Assembly: GCA_044450345.1 (NCBI GenBank)
Contig: JBIOIY010000001.1
Coordinates: forward strand, 96,001-160,000
DNA length: 64,000 nt
Direction of reading: 5' to 3'
Source of the DNA: Thermodesulfovibrionales bacterium
GTDB taxonomy: Bacteria > Nitrospirota > Thermodesulfovibrionia > Thermodesulfovibrionales > UBA6898
Each line of letters opens with the position of its first letter. Within the stretch, counting starts at the first letter, position 1. Made by a program: the position numbers and the translations under genes. Positions 49,978-60,086 of this stretch are shown here, in pieces. Below the pieces are notes generated by a model. The model was not told the origin of the DNA. It searched no databases and saw only the letters and a list, made by a program, of their open reading frames with translations.

Positions 49978-50290
49978 ACTGGAATATATATTCGTCGGGC
50001 CTCGCAAGGCCGAATTCTTCCCTGGCGAATTTCTCTTTGTAAAACGGGTCTTCTTTAAGGAGCTTTATCTGCGTCCGGATCTGCTCGTTCTGTCTGCCTA
50101 TTTCGACCAGTTGTCTTTCAAGCCCCTTCCTGGTTCTGTTCAGTTCGAGATAGCGCAGGAGCCCCGCGTCGCCGAAGAGAAGGCTTATCGAAAGGTATAC
50201 GAAACTCAGTACCACAAAGGTAAGAAATATCAGTCTTCTTTTCTTGACCTCGGATACGACCTGTTTTCGTAAGAGGTTATGGGTGCTCAT
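49967..50290 (-). CDS. ftsB: Septum formation initiator (FtsB/DivIC)
   Basis: TM, FGDAG, coiled coil, AREEFGL..PDE; downstream of eno. Confidence 0.85.
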   Translation of the reverse strand: MSTHNLLRKQVVSEVKKRRLIFLTFVVLSFVYLSISLLFGDAGLLRYLELNRTRKGLERQLVEIGRQNEQIRTQIKLLKEDPFYKEKFAREEFGLARPDEYIFQYER

Positions 50291-51564
50291 TATATGAGGT
50301 TATAAAAAGCCCTCTTGCCCCTGTATTCCGCCGCCCCTGCCAGCTCCTCCTCGATGACGAGAAGCCGGTTGTACTTGGCGACGCGCTCGCTCCGGGCCAG
50401 GGAGCCTGTCTTTATGAAGCCTGTATTGCAGGCCACCGCAAGGTCGGCGATCGTAGTGTCTTCCGTCTCACCCGACCGGTGCGAAATCACGGCGGTATAT
50501 CCGGCGGTCTTGGCCATCTCGATGGCATCCAGCGTCTCCGTCATCGTCCCGATCTGATTGAGTTTAACGAGGATGGAATTGGCGATCTTTTTCTCAATGC
50601 CCTGCTTCAGTATCTTCGTGTTCGTCACAAACACGTCGTCTCCCACCAACTGGACCTTTTTGCCGAGGGCCGAAGTCAGCGCGGCCCACCCATCCCAGTC
50701 GTTCTCCGCCAGACCGTCCTCTATCGATAGTACAGGATATTTCGAGATGATCCTTCCGTAATATTCGATCAGGTGCTTATAAGGCACCTTTTTGCCTTCA
50801 AACCGGTAAACGCCCTTTTCACAGAATTCTGAAGCGGCCACGTCAAGGGCCAGATACACGTCTTTCCCGGGCACATAACCGGACTCCTTCACCGCCTGAA
50901 TGATAAGCCTGATCGCCTCTTCGTTGCTCGAAAGGTCCGGGGCGAATCCCCCTTCGTCTCCCACCGCGGTATTAAGCCTTTTCCCTTTCAATATCTTTTT
51001 CAGAGTATGAAAAATCTCCGTGCCGGCGCGCAACGCAGAGGAAAAGTCGGACAAACCTGCCGGCATGATCATAAATTCCTGGATATCGAGGTTGTTGTCT
51101 GCATGCGCCCCGCCGTTCAGTATGTTCATCATCGGCACCGGCAGGACCTTGGCGTTGAGACCTCCTATATGTCTGTACAAGGGAAGACCCGCCTCGGCCG
51201 CAGCAGCACGGCAGACAGCCAGCGATACGCCGAGGATAGCGTTGGCGCCCAGTCTCCGCTTGTTATCGGTCCCGTCGAGTTCCCTCATGAGATCGTCGAT
51301 AAACACCTGTTCCGAGGCATCGATACCCCGTATCCTGGGCGCTATTTCCTCAAAGATATTCTTAACGGCCTTCTGCACCCCTTTGCCGTGAAACCTCTTG
51401 CCGCCGTCCCGGAGTTCGAGTGCCTCTCTCTTGCCTGTCGATGCGCCTGAGGGGACCGCCGCCCTCCCCATCACGCCGCCTTCGAGATACACATCTACCT
51501 CGACGGTCGGGTTACCCCTCGAATCAAGGACCTCTCTTGCAACTACATCTACGATTTCGCTCAT
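50290..51564 (-). CDS. eno: Enolase
   Basis: [33 protein letters not shown]. Confidence 0.98.
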   Translation of the reverse strand: MSEIVDVVAREVLDSRGNPTVEVDVYLEGGVMGRAAVPSGASTGKREALELRDGGKRFHGKGVQKAVKNIFEEIAPRIRGIDASEQVFIDDLMRELDGTDNKRRLGANAILGVSLAVCRAAAAEAGLPLYRHIGGLNAKVLPVPMMNILNGGAHADNNLDIQEFMIMPAGLSDFSSALRAGTEIFHTLKKILKGKRLNTAVGDEGGFAPDLSSNEEAIRLIIQAVKESGYVPGKDVYLALDVAASEFCEKGVYRFEGKKVPYKHLIEYYGRIISKYPVLSIEDGLAENDWDGWAALTSALGKKVQLVGDDVFVTNTKILKQGIEKKIANSILVKLNQIGTMTETLDAIEMAKTAGYTAVISHRSGETEDTTIADLAVACNTGFIKTGSLARSERVAKYNRLLVIEEELAGAAEYRGKRAFYNLI

Positions 51565-51609
51565 TGACGCCTCCCTGTCCTTATCAGAAGTTGAATATCG
51601 GTCGCGGAC

Positions 51610-53013
51610 TCATATGTACTGCCTTATCAGACTCTCGACCCTTTCGTTATCGATCACTTTACCGCTGAGTTCAGGTCTGTTTGCGATATGCCGCAGCGTT
51701 GTCTCAAGATATATCTTGAAATGCCGGACCATATCCAGCAGTTTCCTGAACCCCGGACCCGCTATTACGTCCCTCTTGGCGGAGCATATCTCATTGAAAA
51801 ACGAGACGAACTCCTCATAATCGTCATGCCTGAGCAGCCGGAAAGTAAAACTTTCAAAATATAACATATAGTTCTTCATGGATTCAAAAACCTTCATCCG
51901 CTCACGTGCATTATCGGCCTTTTCCTCGATCATCTCTATAAACCTGTGAAGGACAACGATGTCCTCACGGAGACGTATCGATTGCTGCACCTTCGTCACA
52001 AAACTCACGAATATCTCTTCGCCTTCTATGTCAGGTCTGAAGTGCTGCGCCAACTGGACGATGCTCTGTTCGATAAGGTTCTTCAGTATGCCGTGGCAGT
52101 TCTCTATCTTTCCCCTGAAGTAAGGCGACGCCTTTTTACGCTGTATGTCCCTCAGCTCCTGGAGATAGACCCTCCTGTTTTCCATCGAGAACTGATAGGC
52201 GATAGAATTTAAAAGGCCCACCAGTTCAGGATCTTTGATCTTCTTGACCGCTTTTTCGACGTAGCCGCGAAATACCCCTATCTCAGACTTGAGCAGGATT
52301 AGGATAACCAGGGAAGAGTTCAGCGATATGGGCCGCTGCGTTTCAATATCGATAAACCCCATAAATCGTATGAACCTGAAAAGATAGATATAGACTACCG
52401 ACACATTCTTTCTCACCTCTCCCTGAGAGAGCGATTTCACGATGTCTGATATTTTCTGGTTCGTAATGGTATCGAATTCAGGGTTTATGCTCTTCCGGAA
52501 CGGATTGAAGAACACATTTTCCCTTATTTCCTTTCCCATCATATGTCCGATATTCATAAAACCCATGTAGGATATGGCGCCCGTCCGGATAAGATCCGAG
52601 ATAACGCCCTTCAGATTTATAAACGAGTCGTAGAGGAGGTAGAGGCCCTTTTCCGGGGTGTCCTGCCGATAAAGTCCTTCCCTGAAATCGTCCCTCTCCC
52701 GGGCAGAAAGAAGTTTCGACTCGGCAAACTTTTGAAACCAGTAGGCGTTTTTTTTGTTCTCGGGGATGATCACCTCGAGAATGCCCAAGACGCGGAGGAT
52801 CGCATCCCGTACGGTGACCAGTTCCTCATAGAAATTCCTGTTAGTGAGGTCGTCGTTTGAATACGTCAGATTGTCGATATTGAAGAAGCGGTCAAGGGCG
52901 CGGAGAAGGACGTCGAGCTCCGAGAAAAACTTAGGGTTGGCCTTCTTTGATTCCCTGACCCAGTCCTCCCTCTCATCTTTCCGCAACGTAGGGGTCATTC
53001 CGGTCGCTCTCAT
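51610..53013 (-). CDS. Hypothetical protein (467 aa, helical-looking)
   Basis: Long ORF, ATGA-coupled to lpdA; no motif recognised. Confidence 0.8.
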   Translation of the reverse strand: MRATGMTPTLRKDEREDWVRESKKANPKFFSELDVLLRALDRFFNIDNLTYSNDDLTNRNFYEELVTVRDAILRVLGILEVIIPENKKNAYWFQKFAESKLLSARERDDFREGLYRQDTPEKGLYLLYDSFINLKGVISDLIRTGAISYMGFMNIGHMMGKEIRENVFFNPFRKSINPEFDTITNQKISDIVKSLSQGEVRKNVSVVYIYLFRFIRFMGFIDIETQRPISLNSSLVILILLKSEIGVFRGYVEKAVKKIKDPELVGLLNSIAYQFSMENRRVYLQELRDIQRKKASPYFRGKIENCHGILKNLIEQSIVQLAQHFRPDIEGEEIFVSFVTKVQQSIRLREDIVVLHRFIEMIEEKADNARERMKVFESMKNYMLYFESFTFRLLRHDDYEEFVSFFNEICSAKRDVIAGPGFRKLLDMVRHFKIYLETTLRHIANRPELSGKVIDNERVESLIRQYI

Positions 53014-54395
53014 CTCTTCGGCACATGGACCGCTTCGCCGTGGACGTCTTCCGCCGCTTCCATGATGCCCTCCGACAGCGTAGGGTGAGCATGTATGGTG
53101 CCGCCGATATCTCCCACTGTCCGGCCGGTCTTCATAGCCAAGGCGACCTCATGGATAAGATCTGACGCATGGGGACCGATAATATGGGCGCCCACTATCC
53201 TGTCTGTCCGTTCTTCTCCGATGATCTTGATAAAACCGGAAATCTCGCCCATCGCGTGGGCCTTTCCCAGCGCCCTGAACTCGAAATGGCCCATTCTTAT
53301 CTTGATGCCTTTTTCTTCCGCCTCGTATTCCCTCAAGCCTACGGATGCTATTTCGGGAGACGTGAAAATCGCCGCCGGCACGACACGATAATCCATGACC
53401 TCATCGCCGCCCATGCTGTTCTCCGCGGCCACAAGCCCTTCTCTCGACGCCAGATGCGCAAGCAGCATACCGCCCCTGACATCGCCGATCGCATAGACAC
53501 CCGGGACGCTCGTTTCCATCTTTTCATTTACCAGGACTTCCCCACGTTTCCCCTTTGCTACGCCGATTGGCTCGCACCCGAGATTATCGCTGTTCAATGT
53601 CCTGCCGATAGAGACCAGCATCTTCCCGGCGACGACTTCCCTGCCGTCTGAAAGGAAAGCGTGGACGCCGTCATCCCTTACCTCCACCTTCTCAACGCGC
53701 ACTTCAGTATAGAGTTTGATCTTTTTCTTCTTCAATTCTCTTTCGAGAAGTTCCGAGATCTCGAGATCTTCCGTCGCGACAGCCCGGTTCATCATCTCGA
53801 CCATCGTCACCTCGGACCCCAGTTCCCTGTATATGCAGGCAAATTCGCAGCCTATGACCCCGGCCCCCACAACCAGAAGGCTCTTCGGTATTTCAGTAAG
53901 CACGAGTGCGTCGGTCGAAGAAAGAATTTTCTTCCCGTCAAAGGGAAACGTCGTTATCTCCGCAGGCCTGGAGCCTGTCGCGATAATGATCTTGTCCGCC
54001 TCGACCTTTTCCTTCCCTCCGTCCCTCAGCGTCACTTCGAGCTCGCGGGGAGACGTGAGTACGCCCCTCCCTTCCTTCACTGCGATGCCCCAGCTTTTGA
54101 AGAGTCCTCTGATGCCCTTCACCTGTGTCCCGACAACCTTGTCTTTCCTCTCGAGGATCTTCGCCAGGTTAGGGACGACAGTGCCGTTCAACTCAATTCC
54201 GTACTTGTCGAGTTCCCTGACCTTCGAAAGCACATCGCAAGATGCGATAATCGTCTTCGTAGGGATGCACCCCCTGTTCAGACACGTGCCTCCCACCTCG
54301 GTGTCCTCGATGACCGTGACCTGCGCCCCCAGCTGGGCCGCCTTTATCGCGGCAACGTATCCTCCCGGACCGCTGCCGACGACGGTCAGTCTCAC
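53010..54395 (-). CDS. lpdA: Dihydrolipoyl dehydrogenase
   Basis: GSGPGGY, GGTCLNRGCIPTK, GAGVIG, HAHPTLSE. Confidence 0.96.
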   Translation of the reverse strand: MRLTVVGSGPGGYVAAIKAAQLGAQVTVIEDTEVGGTCLNRGCIPTKTIIASCDVLSKVRELDKYGIELNGTVVPNLAKILERKDKVVGTQVKGIRGLFKSWGIAVKEGRGVLTSPRELEVTLRDGGKEKVEADKIIIATGSRPAEITTFPFDGKKILSSTDALVLTEIPKSLLVVGAGVIGCEFACIYRELGSEVTMVEMMNRAVATEDLEISELLERELKKKKIKLYTEVRVEKVEVRDDGVHAFLSDGREVVAGKMLVSIGRTLNSDNLGCEPIGVAKGKRGEVLVNEKMETSVPGVYAIGDVRGGMLLAHLASREGLVAAENSMGGDEVMDYRVVPAAIFTSPEIASVGLREYEAEEKGIKIRMGHFEFRALGKAHAMGEISGFIKIIGEERTDRIVGAHIIGPHASDLIHEVALAMKTGRTVGDIGGTIHAHPTLSEGIMEAAEDVHGEAVHVPKR

Positions 54396-54778
54396 TTCGC
54401 TTCCTCTTCCACGTACTTTTCATACTCCGAGGAGTCCATGAGGTCGTCTGCCTCCGAGGGGTTATCGAGTTCGACCACGACTATCCATCCCTTGCCGTAA
54501 GGGTCCTCGTTGATTATTTCCGGCGATTCGGAAAGCTCTTCGTTTACCTTGATAATCTTGCCTCCGACCGGCGATATGACAGAAGACGTGGCCTTCGTCG
54601 ATTCGATCTCCGATATTTCACTGTTCGGCTCGACGATCTCATCCACATCAGGAAGGTCGATATACACGATGTCTCCCAAAGCGTCTTGAGCATAATCCGT
54701 GATTCCGATCGTCCCCTTCTTCCCTGAGACTCTTACCCATGTGTGTTCCTTGTGGTACCTGAAATCTTCGGGATTCAT
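54392..54778 (-). CDS. gcvH: Glycine cleavage system H protein / lipoyl carrier
   Basis: HTW, GITDYAQ, ESTKA lipoyl lysine, DPYGKGW; AAGGAGG RBS. Confidence 0.93.
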   Translation of the reverse strand: MNPEDFRYHKEHTWVRVSGKKGTIGITDYAQDALGDIVYIDLPDVDEIVEPNSEISEIESTKATSSVISPVGGKIIKVNEELSESPEIINEDPYGKGWIVVVELDNPSEADDLMDSSEYEKYVEEEAK

Positions 54779-54899
54779 TGCTTCCTCCTTCTTCTTCATA
54801 TTCAACGTTGCGCTTGCTTATTAGAGTCTGCAGTCTCCGTAGAATAATTTCAAAACCCCTGAGTTACTCTAATATACCATTAAACCTGTTTGAGGGAAA

Positions 54900-57476
54900 T
54901 TAAAATTTTGCCTTGTTTTTCAGCTCGATAATCTTGGAGAGGGCCGCATCCGGACTGAGCTTTTCCACATCGATATTCATGATCTCATTCACTATCGAGT
55001 CGTTCACGGAGGAGAAGAGATCGAGCTGTTCCCTGCGCTTTTTTCCCTTGCCGCTCGCGAGCTTCGGGTTCCCGGTCTCGTTAAGTTCCTCATTCTCCAG
55101 ATTATGGAGGACCTCTTTCGAGCGCTTGATTATGCTCTCGGGGATGCCGGCCAGCCTTGCAACCTGGATCCCGTAGCTCTTGTCGCCGGGGCCCTCCTCG
55201 ATCTTTCTGAGAAAAATGATTTCGTCACCCCATTCCCTCACCGACACGGTATAGTTCTTCACGCCCCCGATGGCGAGGGCGAGTTCTGTGAGCTCGTTGT
55301 AATGAGTGGCGAACAGCGTTCTTGCCTTAATGACGTTGACGATATGTTCGGCAATCGCCCAGGCGATGCTTATCCCATCGAAGGTACTCGTGCCCCTTCC
55401 GACCTCATCGAGTATGATAAGGCTGTCCGACGTGGCGTTGTTCATGATGTTTGACGCCTCTATCATCTCCACCATGAAGGTGCTCTGCCCCTTCGAAAGG
55501 AAGTCCGAGGCCCCTATCCGCGTAAAGATCCTGTCTGTAATGCCTATGGCCGCAGACCCTGCCGGCACGAAGCTCCCCATCTGGGCCATAAGCACGATCA
55601 GGGCGACCTGTCTCATGTATGTGGACTTCCCGGCCATGTTCGGTCCGGTAATAACATGGAGCATGCTGTCGCCGGTATCGATAAAAGTGCTGTTCGGAAC
55701 AAACCGCTCATTCGAAGACACGCGTTCCAGAACCGCATGTCTTCCGTCTGTAATGTCTATGAGCGGAACGTCCGCCAAAGAGGGCCTCACGTAGTTGTAC
55801 CGCTTGGCGGCCACTGCAAGGGACGCAAGAAAATCGACAGAGGCGACGGCGTTGGCGGCGGTCATGAGCGCCTCAGACTCCTCCCTGACCGATTCGAGCA
55901 CACGCCTGAATATCTCGTATTCCAGGTTCTTAAGCCTCTCTTCCGAGCCGATGACCTTGCTTTCATAATCCTTGAGTTCGGCGTTGATAAACCTTTCACT
56001 GCCGACAAGCGTCTGCTTCCTTGTATACTCTTCCGGCACCAGATCGAGGTTCGTTTTGGTGACTTCGATAAAGTATCCGAAAATCCTGTTGTAGCCGATC
56101 TTCAAAGAAGATATCCCTGTCCTCTTCTTTTCCCTCTGCTCCATCTCCGCTATAAAATTTTTGCCCTTCGTGGATATCTCCCTGAGGGAATCTATCTCTT
56201 CGTTGAACCTGTCCTTGATAATTCCTCCGTCTTTGACTCCGGGAGGCGGGCTGTCGACGATGCTCTTTTCGATAAGCTCCCTCAGCAGCGAAAACTCCGC
56301 AATCTCCGCCGACAGCGCCTTAAGGGAATACTCCTTTGAGAGAGAGAGGGATTTCTTGACCTTCGGGAGAGCAGCAAGAGAACTCTTTATCGCCACAAGG
56401 TCGCGCGCGTTGGCCGTGCCGCCCGATACCCTCGACGCCAGCCTTTCGATGTCCTGCACCTTCCTGAGCAGCGTCCTGAGTTCATCAAGAAGTTCAAAAT
56501 TATTCACCAGGTATTCGACCGCCCCATGCCTGGCCGTAATCTCGCCGGCGTCGGTCAGGGGCCTGAGCAGTACGGCCCTGAGGAACCTTCCCCCCATCGG
56601 GGTCAGCGTCTCATCGAGCACCTGCAGGAGTGTCCCTTCACGCGAGCCGTCTCTGAGGTTATGGACCAGTTCGAGGTTCCTCTGCGTAGCGGCATCGAGA
56701 AACATGCACGCGTTCTGCTTAAGGGTCGTGATCTTCTTGAACCTGATCAGATCTTTTTGCGTATTTTCGAGATAGCTGATGAGCGCACCCGCCGCAGATA
56801 CCGCGGCGGTCAGTCCTTCGCAGCCGTACCCCTCGAGCGAGGACACCCTGAAATGAACGAGCAGCGTCCGGTACGCCTCGGTATAATCGAAAAACCAGTC
56901 TTCGACCCCAGACAGGTAAAATCCCGAGAGCGCCTCCTGGTAGTGGATGTTCTCTTTCATGCTGACCGGCAGGAGCACCTCCTTCGGTTCGAACCGGCCC
57001 ACTTCGTCTTCTATGTTTTCGCCGGTCTCAAACACGATGAACTCCCCGGTCGATATGTCGGCGGCAGCAATGCCGTGCCTCTCACCGTGAGGAAACACGC
57101 TTATGATATACGTATTCTCTTTCGGGTTTTCAGGTGCATGCGTCCCGGGTGTAATCACCCTCACCACGTCCCGCGCAACAATCCCCTTCGCCTCTTTCGG
57201 GTCTTCCATCTGTTCGCACACAGCTACCTTCTGGCCCGCCTTTATCAATTTTGAGATATACGATTCCGCCGCAAAGTAGGGAACGCCGCACATCGGGACG
57301 GGATTGTCCTTCGTTTTTTCCCTAGTAGTGAGCGCTATCTGGAGGATCTTCGAGGCCTTCTCGGCGTCCTCGCCGAACATTTCGTAGAAATCGCCGCACC
57401 GGAACAGCACTATCGCGTCGCCGTGCTTTTCCTTGATGCTGAAGTACTGCTTCATAAGAGGTGTGAGTTCCGACAT
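54900..57476 (-). CDS. mutS: DNA mismatch repair protein MutS
   Basis: TPLMKQY, GDFYE, GPNMAGKST, STFMVE, DEVGRGT, ATHY, SYGI. Confidence 0.98.
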   Translation of the reverse strand: MSELTPLMKQYFSIKEKHGDAIVLFRCGDFYEMFGEDAEKASKILQIALTTREKTKDNPVPMCGVPYFAAESYISKLIKAGQKVAVCEQMEDPKEAKGIVARDVVRVITPGTHAPENPKENTYIISVFPHGERHGIAAADISTGEFIVFETGENIEDEVGRFEPKEVLLPVSMKENIHYQEALSGFYLSGVEDWFFDYTEAYRTLLVHFRVSSLEGYGCEGLTAAVSAAGALISYLENTQKDLIRFKKITTLKQNACMFLDAATQRNLELVHNLRDGSREGTLLQVLDETLTPMGGRFLRAVLLRPLTDAGEITARHGAVEYLVNNFELLDELRTLLRKVQDIERLASRVSGGTANARDLVAIKSSLAALPKVKKSLSLSKEYSLKALSAEIAEFSLLRELIEKSIVDSPPPGVKDGGIIKDRFNEEIDSLREISTKGKNFIAEMEQREKKRTGISSLKIGYNRIFGYFIEVTKTNLDLVPEEYTRKQTLVGSERFINAELKDYESKVIGSEERLKNLEYEIFRRVLESVREESEALMTAANAVASVDFLASLAVAAKRYNYVRPSLADVPLIDITDGRHAVLERVSSNERFVPNSTFIDTGDSMLHVITGPNMAGKSTYMRQVALIVLMAQMGSFVPAGSAAIGITDRIFTRIGASDFLSKGQSTFMVEMIEASNIMNNATSDSLIILDEVGRGTSTFDGISIAWAIAEHIVNVIKARTLFATHYNELTELALAIGGVKNYTVSVREWGDEIIFLRKIEEGPGDKSYGIQVARLAGIPESIIKRSKEVLHNLENEELNETGNPKLASGKGKKRREQLDLFSSVNDSIVNEIMNIDVEKLSPDAALSKIIELKNKAKF

Positions 57477-57522
57477 ACCACCTATTAAATAATATCGTAC
57501 GGGTAAAGTGCAACCAAAGAGA

Positions 57523-57631
57523 ATAACCCCTCTTGCCCTCCCCTTACCTCAAGGGGAGGAAGCTGAGCTTCCCGATCTGGAAGCAATAATTCCCCCTCTT
57601 GGGTTAAGAGGGGGCTAGGGGGCGTTACTAA
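57523..57631 (+). repeat. Palindromic repeat, left flank of R-M remnant
   Basis: ATAACCCC..CTCCCCTTACCTCAAGGGGAG..TCCCCCTCTTGGGTTAAGAGGGGG..GGGGGCGTTACTAA; direct copy at 58160-58245. Confidence 0.85.
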
Positions 57632-57749
57632 GAATCAGGTGTCGTTACCCTGAAAAAGTTTTCTTCCTTAAGGACCAGCATGGCTGTTACAAATAACCGG
57701 GAAAGATTTTAATATTGATGAGAAATTTATGGAGAAAGATAATCCGTAA

Positions 57750-58160
57750 ATGCCGCTCTCGCTCAACGAAATAAAGGACCGCGCCCTCGCCCTTTCACGC
57801 GAGTGGGAAGGTGCGCGGACAGAGCGCGCAGAGGCGGGGGCGTTATGCCGAAAGGGAAGGCAGAGGGATTAGTTAGCGCAATCGAGCAAGCGGCGGCGGG
57901 CGTGCTTGATGCCCGTGCTTCGCATCCCGAATCTTCGCTGGCCGACCTGTATGATCCAGTCGCCATGCCGCCGGATTTACGAAAGGCGCATCAGGCGCTC
58001 GACAAGGCCGTGGATGTTGCCGATGGTAGGGGCACGTTGCAACGTGCCCTTACTCCCGAATGCCGTGCGCGTGGCCTTTCTTTTTGAGCTATATCATAAA
58101 TACACAAGCCTGCTGCCTTCGCCGGAAAAGCCGAGACAGCGCAGGAGAAAAAGAACATGA
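57750..58160 (+). pseudogene. Internally deleted MmeI-like type IIL restriction-modification gene
   Basis: N-terminus MPLSLNEIKDRALALSREW; C-terminus VLDARASHPESSLADLYDPVAMPPDLRKAHQALDKAVD / RVAFLFELYHKYTSLLP; frameshifted. Confidence 0.8.
58026..58053. repeat. GTAG-type REP inside the R-M remnant
   Basis: GTAGGGGCACGTTGCAACGTGCCCTTAC. Confidence 0.8.
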
Positions 58161-58245
58161 TAACCCCTCCCGCCTCCCCTTACCTCAAGGGGAGGACAAA
58201 GAATTCCCCCTCTTGGGTTAAGAGGGGGCTGGGGGGCGTTACTAA
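58160..58245 (+). repeat. Palindromic repeat, right flank of R-M remnant
   Basis: Shares both hairpins and ends with 57523-57631. Confidence 0.85.
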
Positions 58246-58310
58246 AAAAAATCCTTCACCTCCTAAATGTTCAGGGGGTGTTTCCGTGGTCGTGCTCTCC
58301 CTCCCTTTTC

Positions 58311-58340
58311 TTGACATATCAGCCGGATTATCTTTATAAT
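58311..58340 (+). promoter_or_regulatory. Consensus sigma70 promoter for yceD-rpmF-plsX-fabH
   Basis: TTGACA-18nt-TATAAT. Confidence 0.75.
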
Positions 58341-58375
58341 TCTAAGATAATTTCGGTATTTATCGGTCTTTTAAA

Positions 58376-58876
58376 ATGAAGATAGTGATAGCGGACATCC
58401 CTGACGAGGGCCTGGAAGTAGATATCGAGGAGAGGGTGGAACCGGAGGACGTTTCCCTGTCCGGTCCGGTAATTTCACAGCTCTCGCTGAACAAGGTCGC
58501 AGCGGAGATCATCATCACCGGAAGGCTTAAGACTGAAATGGAACTCCAGTGCAGCAGATGCCTTAAGGATTTCAGGCAGGGCCTCGACATTTCTGTCAAT
58601 GTCGTATATCATCCGGTGGAAGACGCCGCCGGAGAGAGACACGCCCTGAAGGACGACGAGCTGGACATGGGGTTTTACGAGGGCGAGGAACTCGACCTGC
58701 AGGAGCTTCTCAAAGAGCAGATACTGCTGAATACGCAGATGAAGCCTCTCTGTAACGAACAGTGCAAGGGTATCTGTCCCAAATGCGGGAAAGACCTGAA
58801 TACCGGACAATGCAACTGCAGCCGGAAGGAAATTGATCCGAGGCTGGAAGTGCTCAAGAATTTTCTTGAAAAATGA
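58376..58876 (+). CDS. yceD: DUF177/YceD protein
   Basis: CSRCL, KPLC..C.G.CPKCG, DPR; upstream of rpmF. Confidence 0.92.
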   Translation: MKIVIADIPDEGLEVDIEERVEPEDVSLSGPVISQLSLNKVAAEIIITGRLKTEMELQCSRCLKDFRQGLDISVNVVYHPVEDAAGERHALKDDELDMGFYEGEELDLQELLKEQILLNTQMKPLCNEQCKGICPKCGKDLNTGQCNCSRKEIDPRLEVLKNFLEK

Positions 58877-58888
58877 AAGGAGAGGAAA

Positions 58889-59071
58889 TTGGCTAATCCA
58901 ACACACAGACATTCACGGGCAAGGAGAGACAAGAGGAGGGCGAACTGGAAAGGGCAGACGCCTAATCTCAACCATTGTCCCGAATGTAAAGAATTAAAGC
59001 AGCCCCACCGGGCTTGTGCCAGCTGCGGCACCTACAACGGCCACAAGGTTTTAGAGATCGTCGAAAAATAA
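58889..59071 (+). CDS. rpmF: 50S ribosomal protein L32
   Basis: SRARRDKRRA, CPEC..HRAC..CG.Y. Confidence 0.96.
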   Translation: MANPTHRHSRARRDKRRANWKGQTPNLNHCPECKELKQPHRACASCGTYNGHKVLEIVEK

Positions 59072-59074
59072 ACG

Positions 59075-60085
59075 ATGAGAGTCGCTCTTGACGCCATGGG
59101 TGGAGACCACGCCCCGTCCGTGAACGTGGAAGGGGCGGTCGAAACTGTTAATGAGCGCGACGATATCGAAATTATCCTTGTAGGCAATGAACCCCTTATA
59201 AGACAAGAGCTTCGGAACAAGCGGTATGACGCAGGCCGCATCTCGCTCCAGCACGCTTCAGAGGTGGTCGGGATGCAGGACCCACCCACGACGGCGCTCA
59301 GGAAAAAAAAAGATTCTTCGATCAGGATCGGCATAGACCTTGTGAAGGCAGGCAGGGCGGATGCCTTTGTGAGCGCCGGACACTCGGGGGTGGTGATGGC
59401 CACTTCACTCGTGCTGCTCGGCACGTCCAAGGGGGTGGTCAGACCAGCGATAGCTACGGTCATGCCCACATTGAAAGACACGTTTATTCTTCTTGACGCC
59501 GGAGCGAATGTCGACTGCAAGCCGGAACACCTGCTTCAGTTCGCCTTAATGGGGAATACCTATTGTAAGCTCCTGCTCGGCAAGGCAATGCCCAAAGTGG
59601 CCCTGTTGAGCATCGGAGAGGAAGACACCAAAGGCAACGAACTCACCAAGGAAGCCTTTAAGCTCATAAAGAACACGCGTCTGAATTTCATCGGCAACAT
59701 CGAAGGGAAAGACATGTTCACGGGCAAGGCCGATGTGATTGTCTGTGACGGCTTCATCGGCAATATCGCCCTTAAAATCAGTGAGGGGCTTGCCGAGACC
59801 ATCCTGAAGATGCTAAAAAGGGAGATCACGTCGGTCTCTACCGGAAGGATAGGGTATCTCATGATGAAACCGGCCATAAGGAACTTTAAGAAGAAGACCG
59901 ACTACGACGAATACGGCGGGGCGCCGCTGCTCGGCATTAACGGCGCGTGCATCATCAGCCACGGCAGGTCAAGTGCAAAGGCGATCAAGAACGCCCTGAA
60001 GGTGGCATCGGGGTACGCCGGCAAGAGGGTCTTTGAGGCGATTTCGACGGACATACAAAACGAACTTGTGGACAGAGGCGCATAA
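59075..60085 (+). CDS. plsX: Phosphate acyltransferase PlsX
   Basis: DAMGGD, SAGHSG, LDAGAN, GEEDTKG, CDGFIGN, HGRS. Confidence 0.97.
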   Translation: MRVALDAMGGDHAPSVNVEGAVETVNERDDIEIILVGNEPLIRQELRNKRYDAGRISLQHASEVVGMQDPPTTALRKKKDSSIRIGIDLVKAGRADAFVSAGHSGVVMATSLVLLGTSKGVVRPAIATVMPTLKDTFILLDAGANVDCKPEHLLQFALMGNTYCKLLLGKAMPKVALLSIGEEDTKGNELTKEAFKLIKNTRLNFIGNIEGKDMFTGKADVIVCDGFIGNIALKISEGLAETILKMLKREITSVSTGRIGYLMMKPAIRNFKKKTDYDEYGGAPLLGINGACIISHGRSSAKAIKNALKVASGYAGKRVFEAISTDIQNELVDRGA

Positions 60086-60086
60086 A

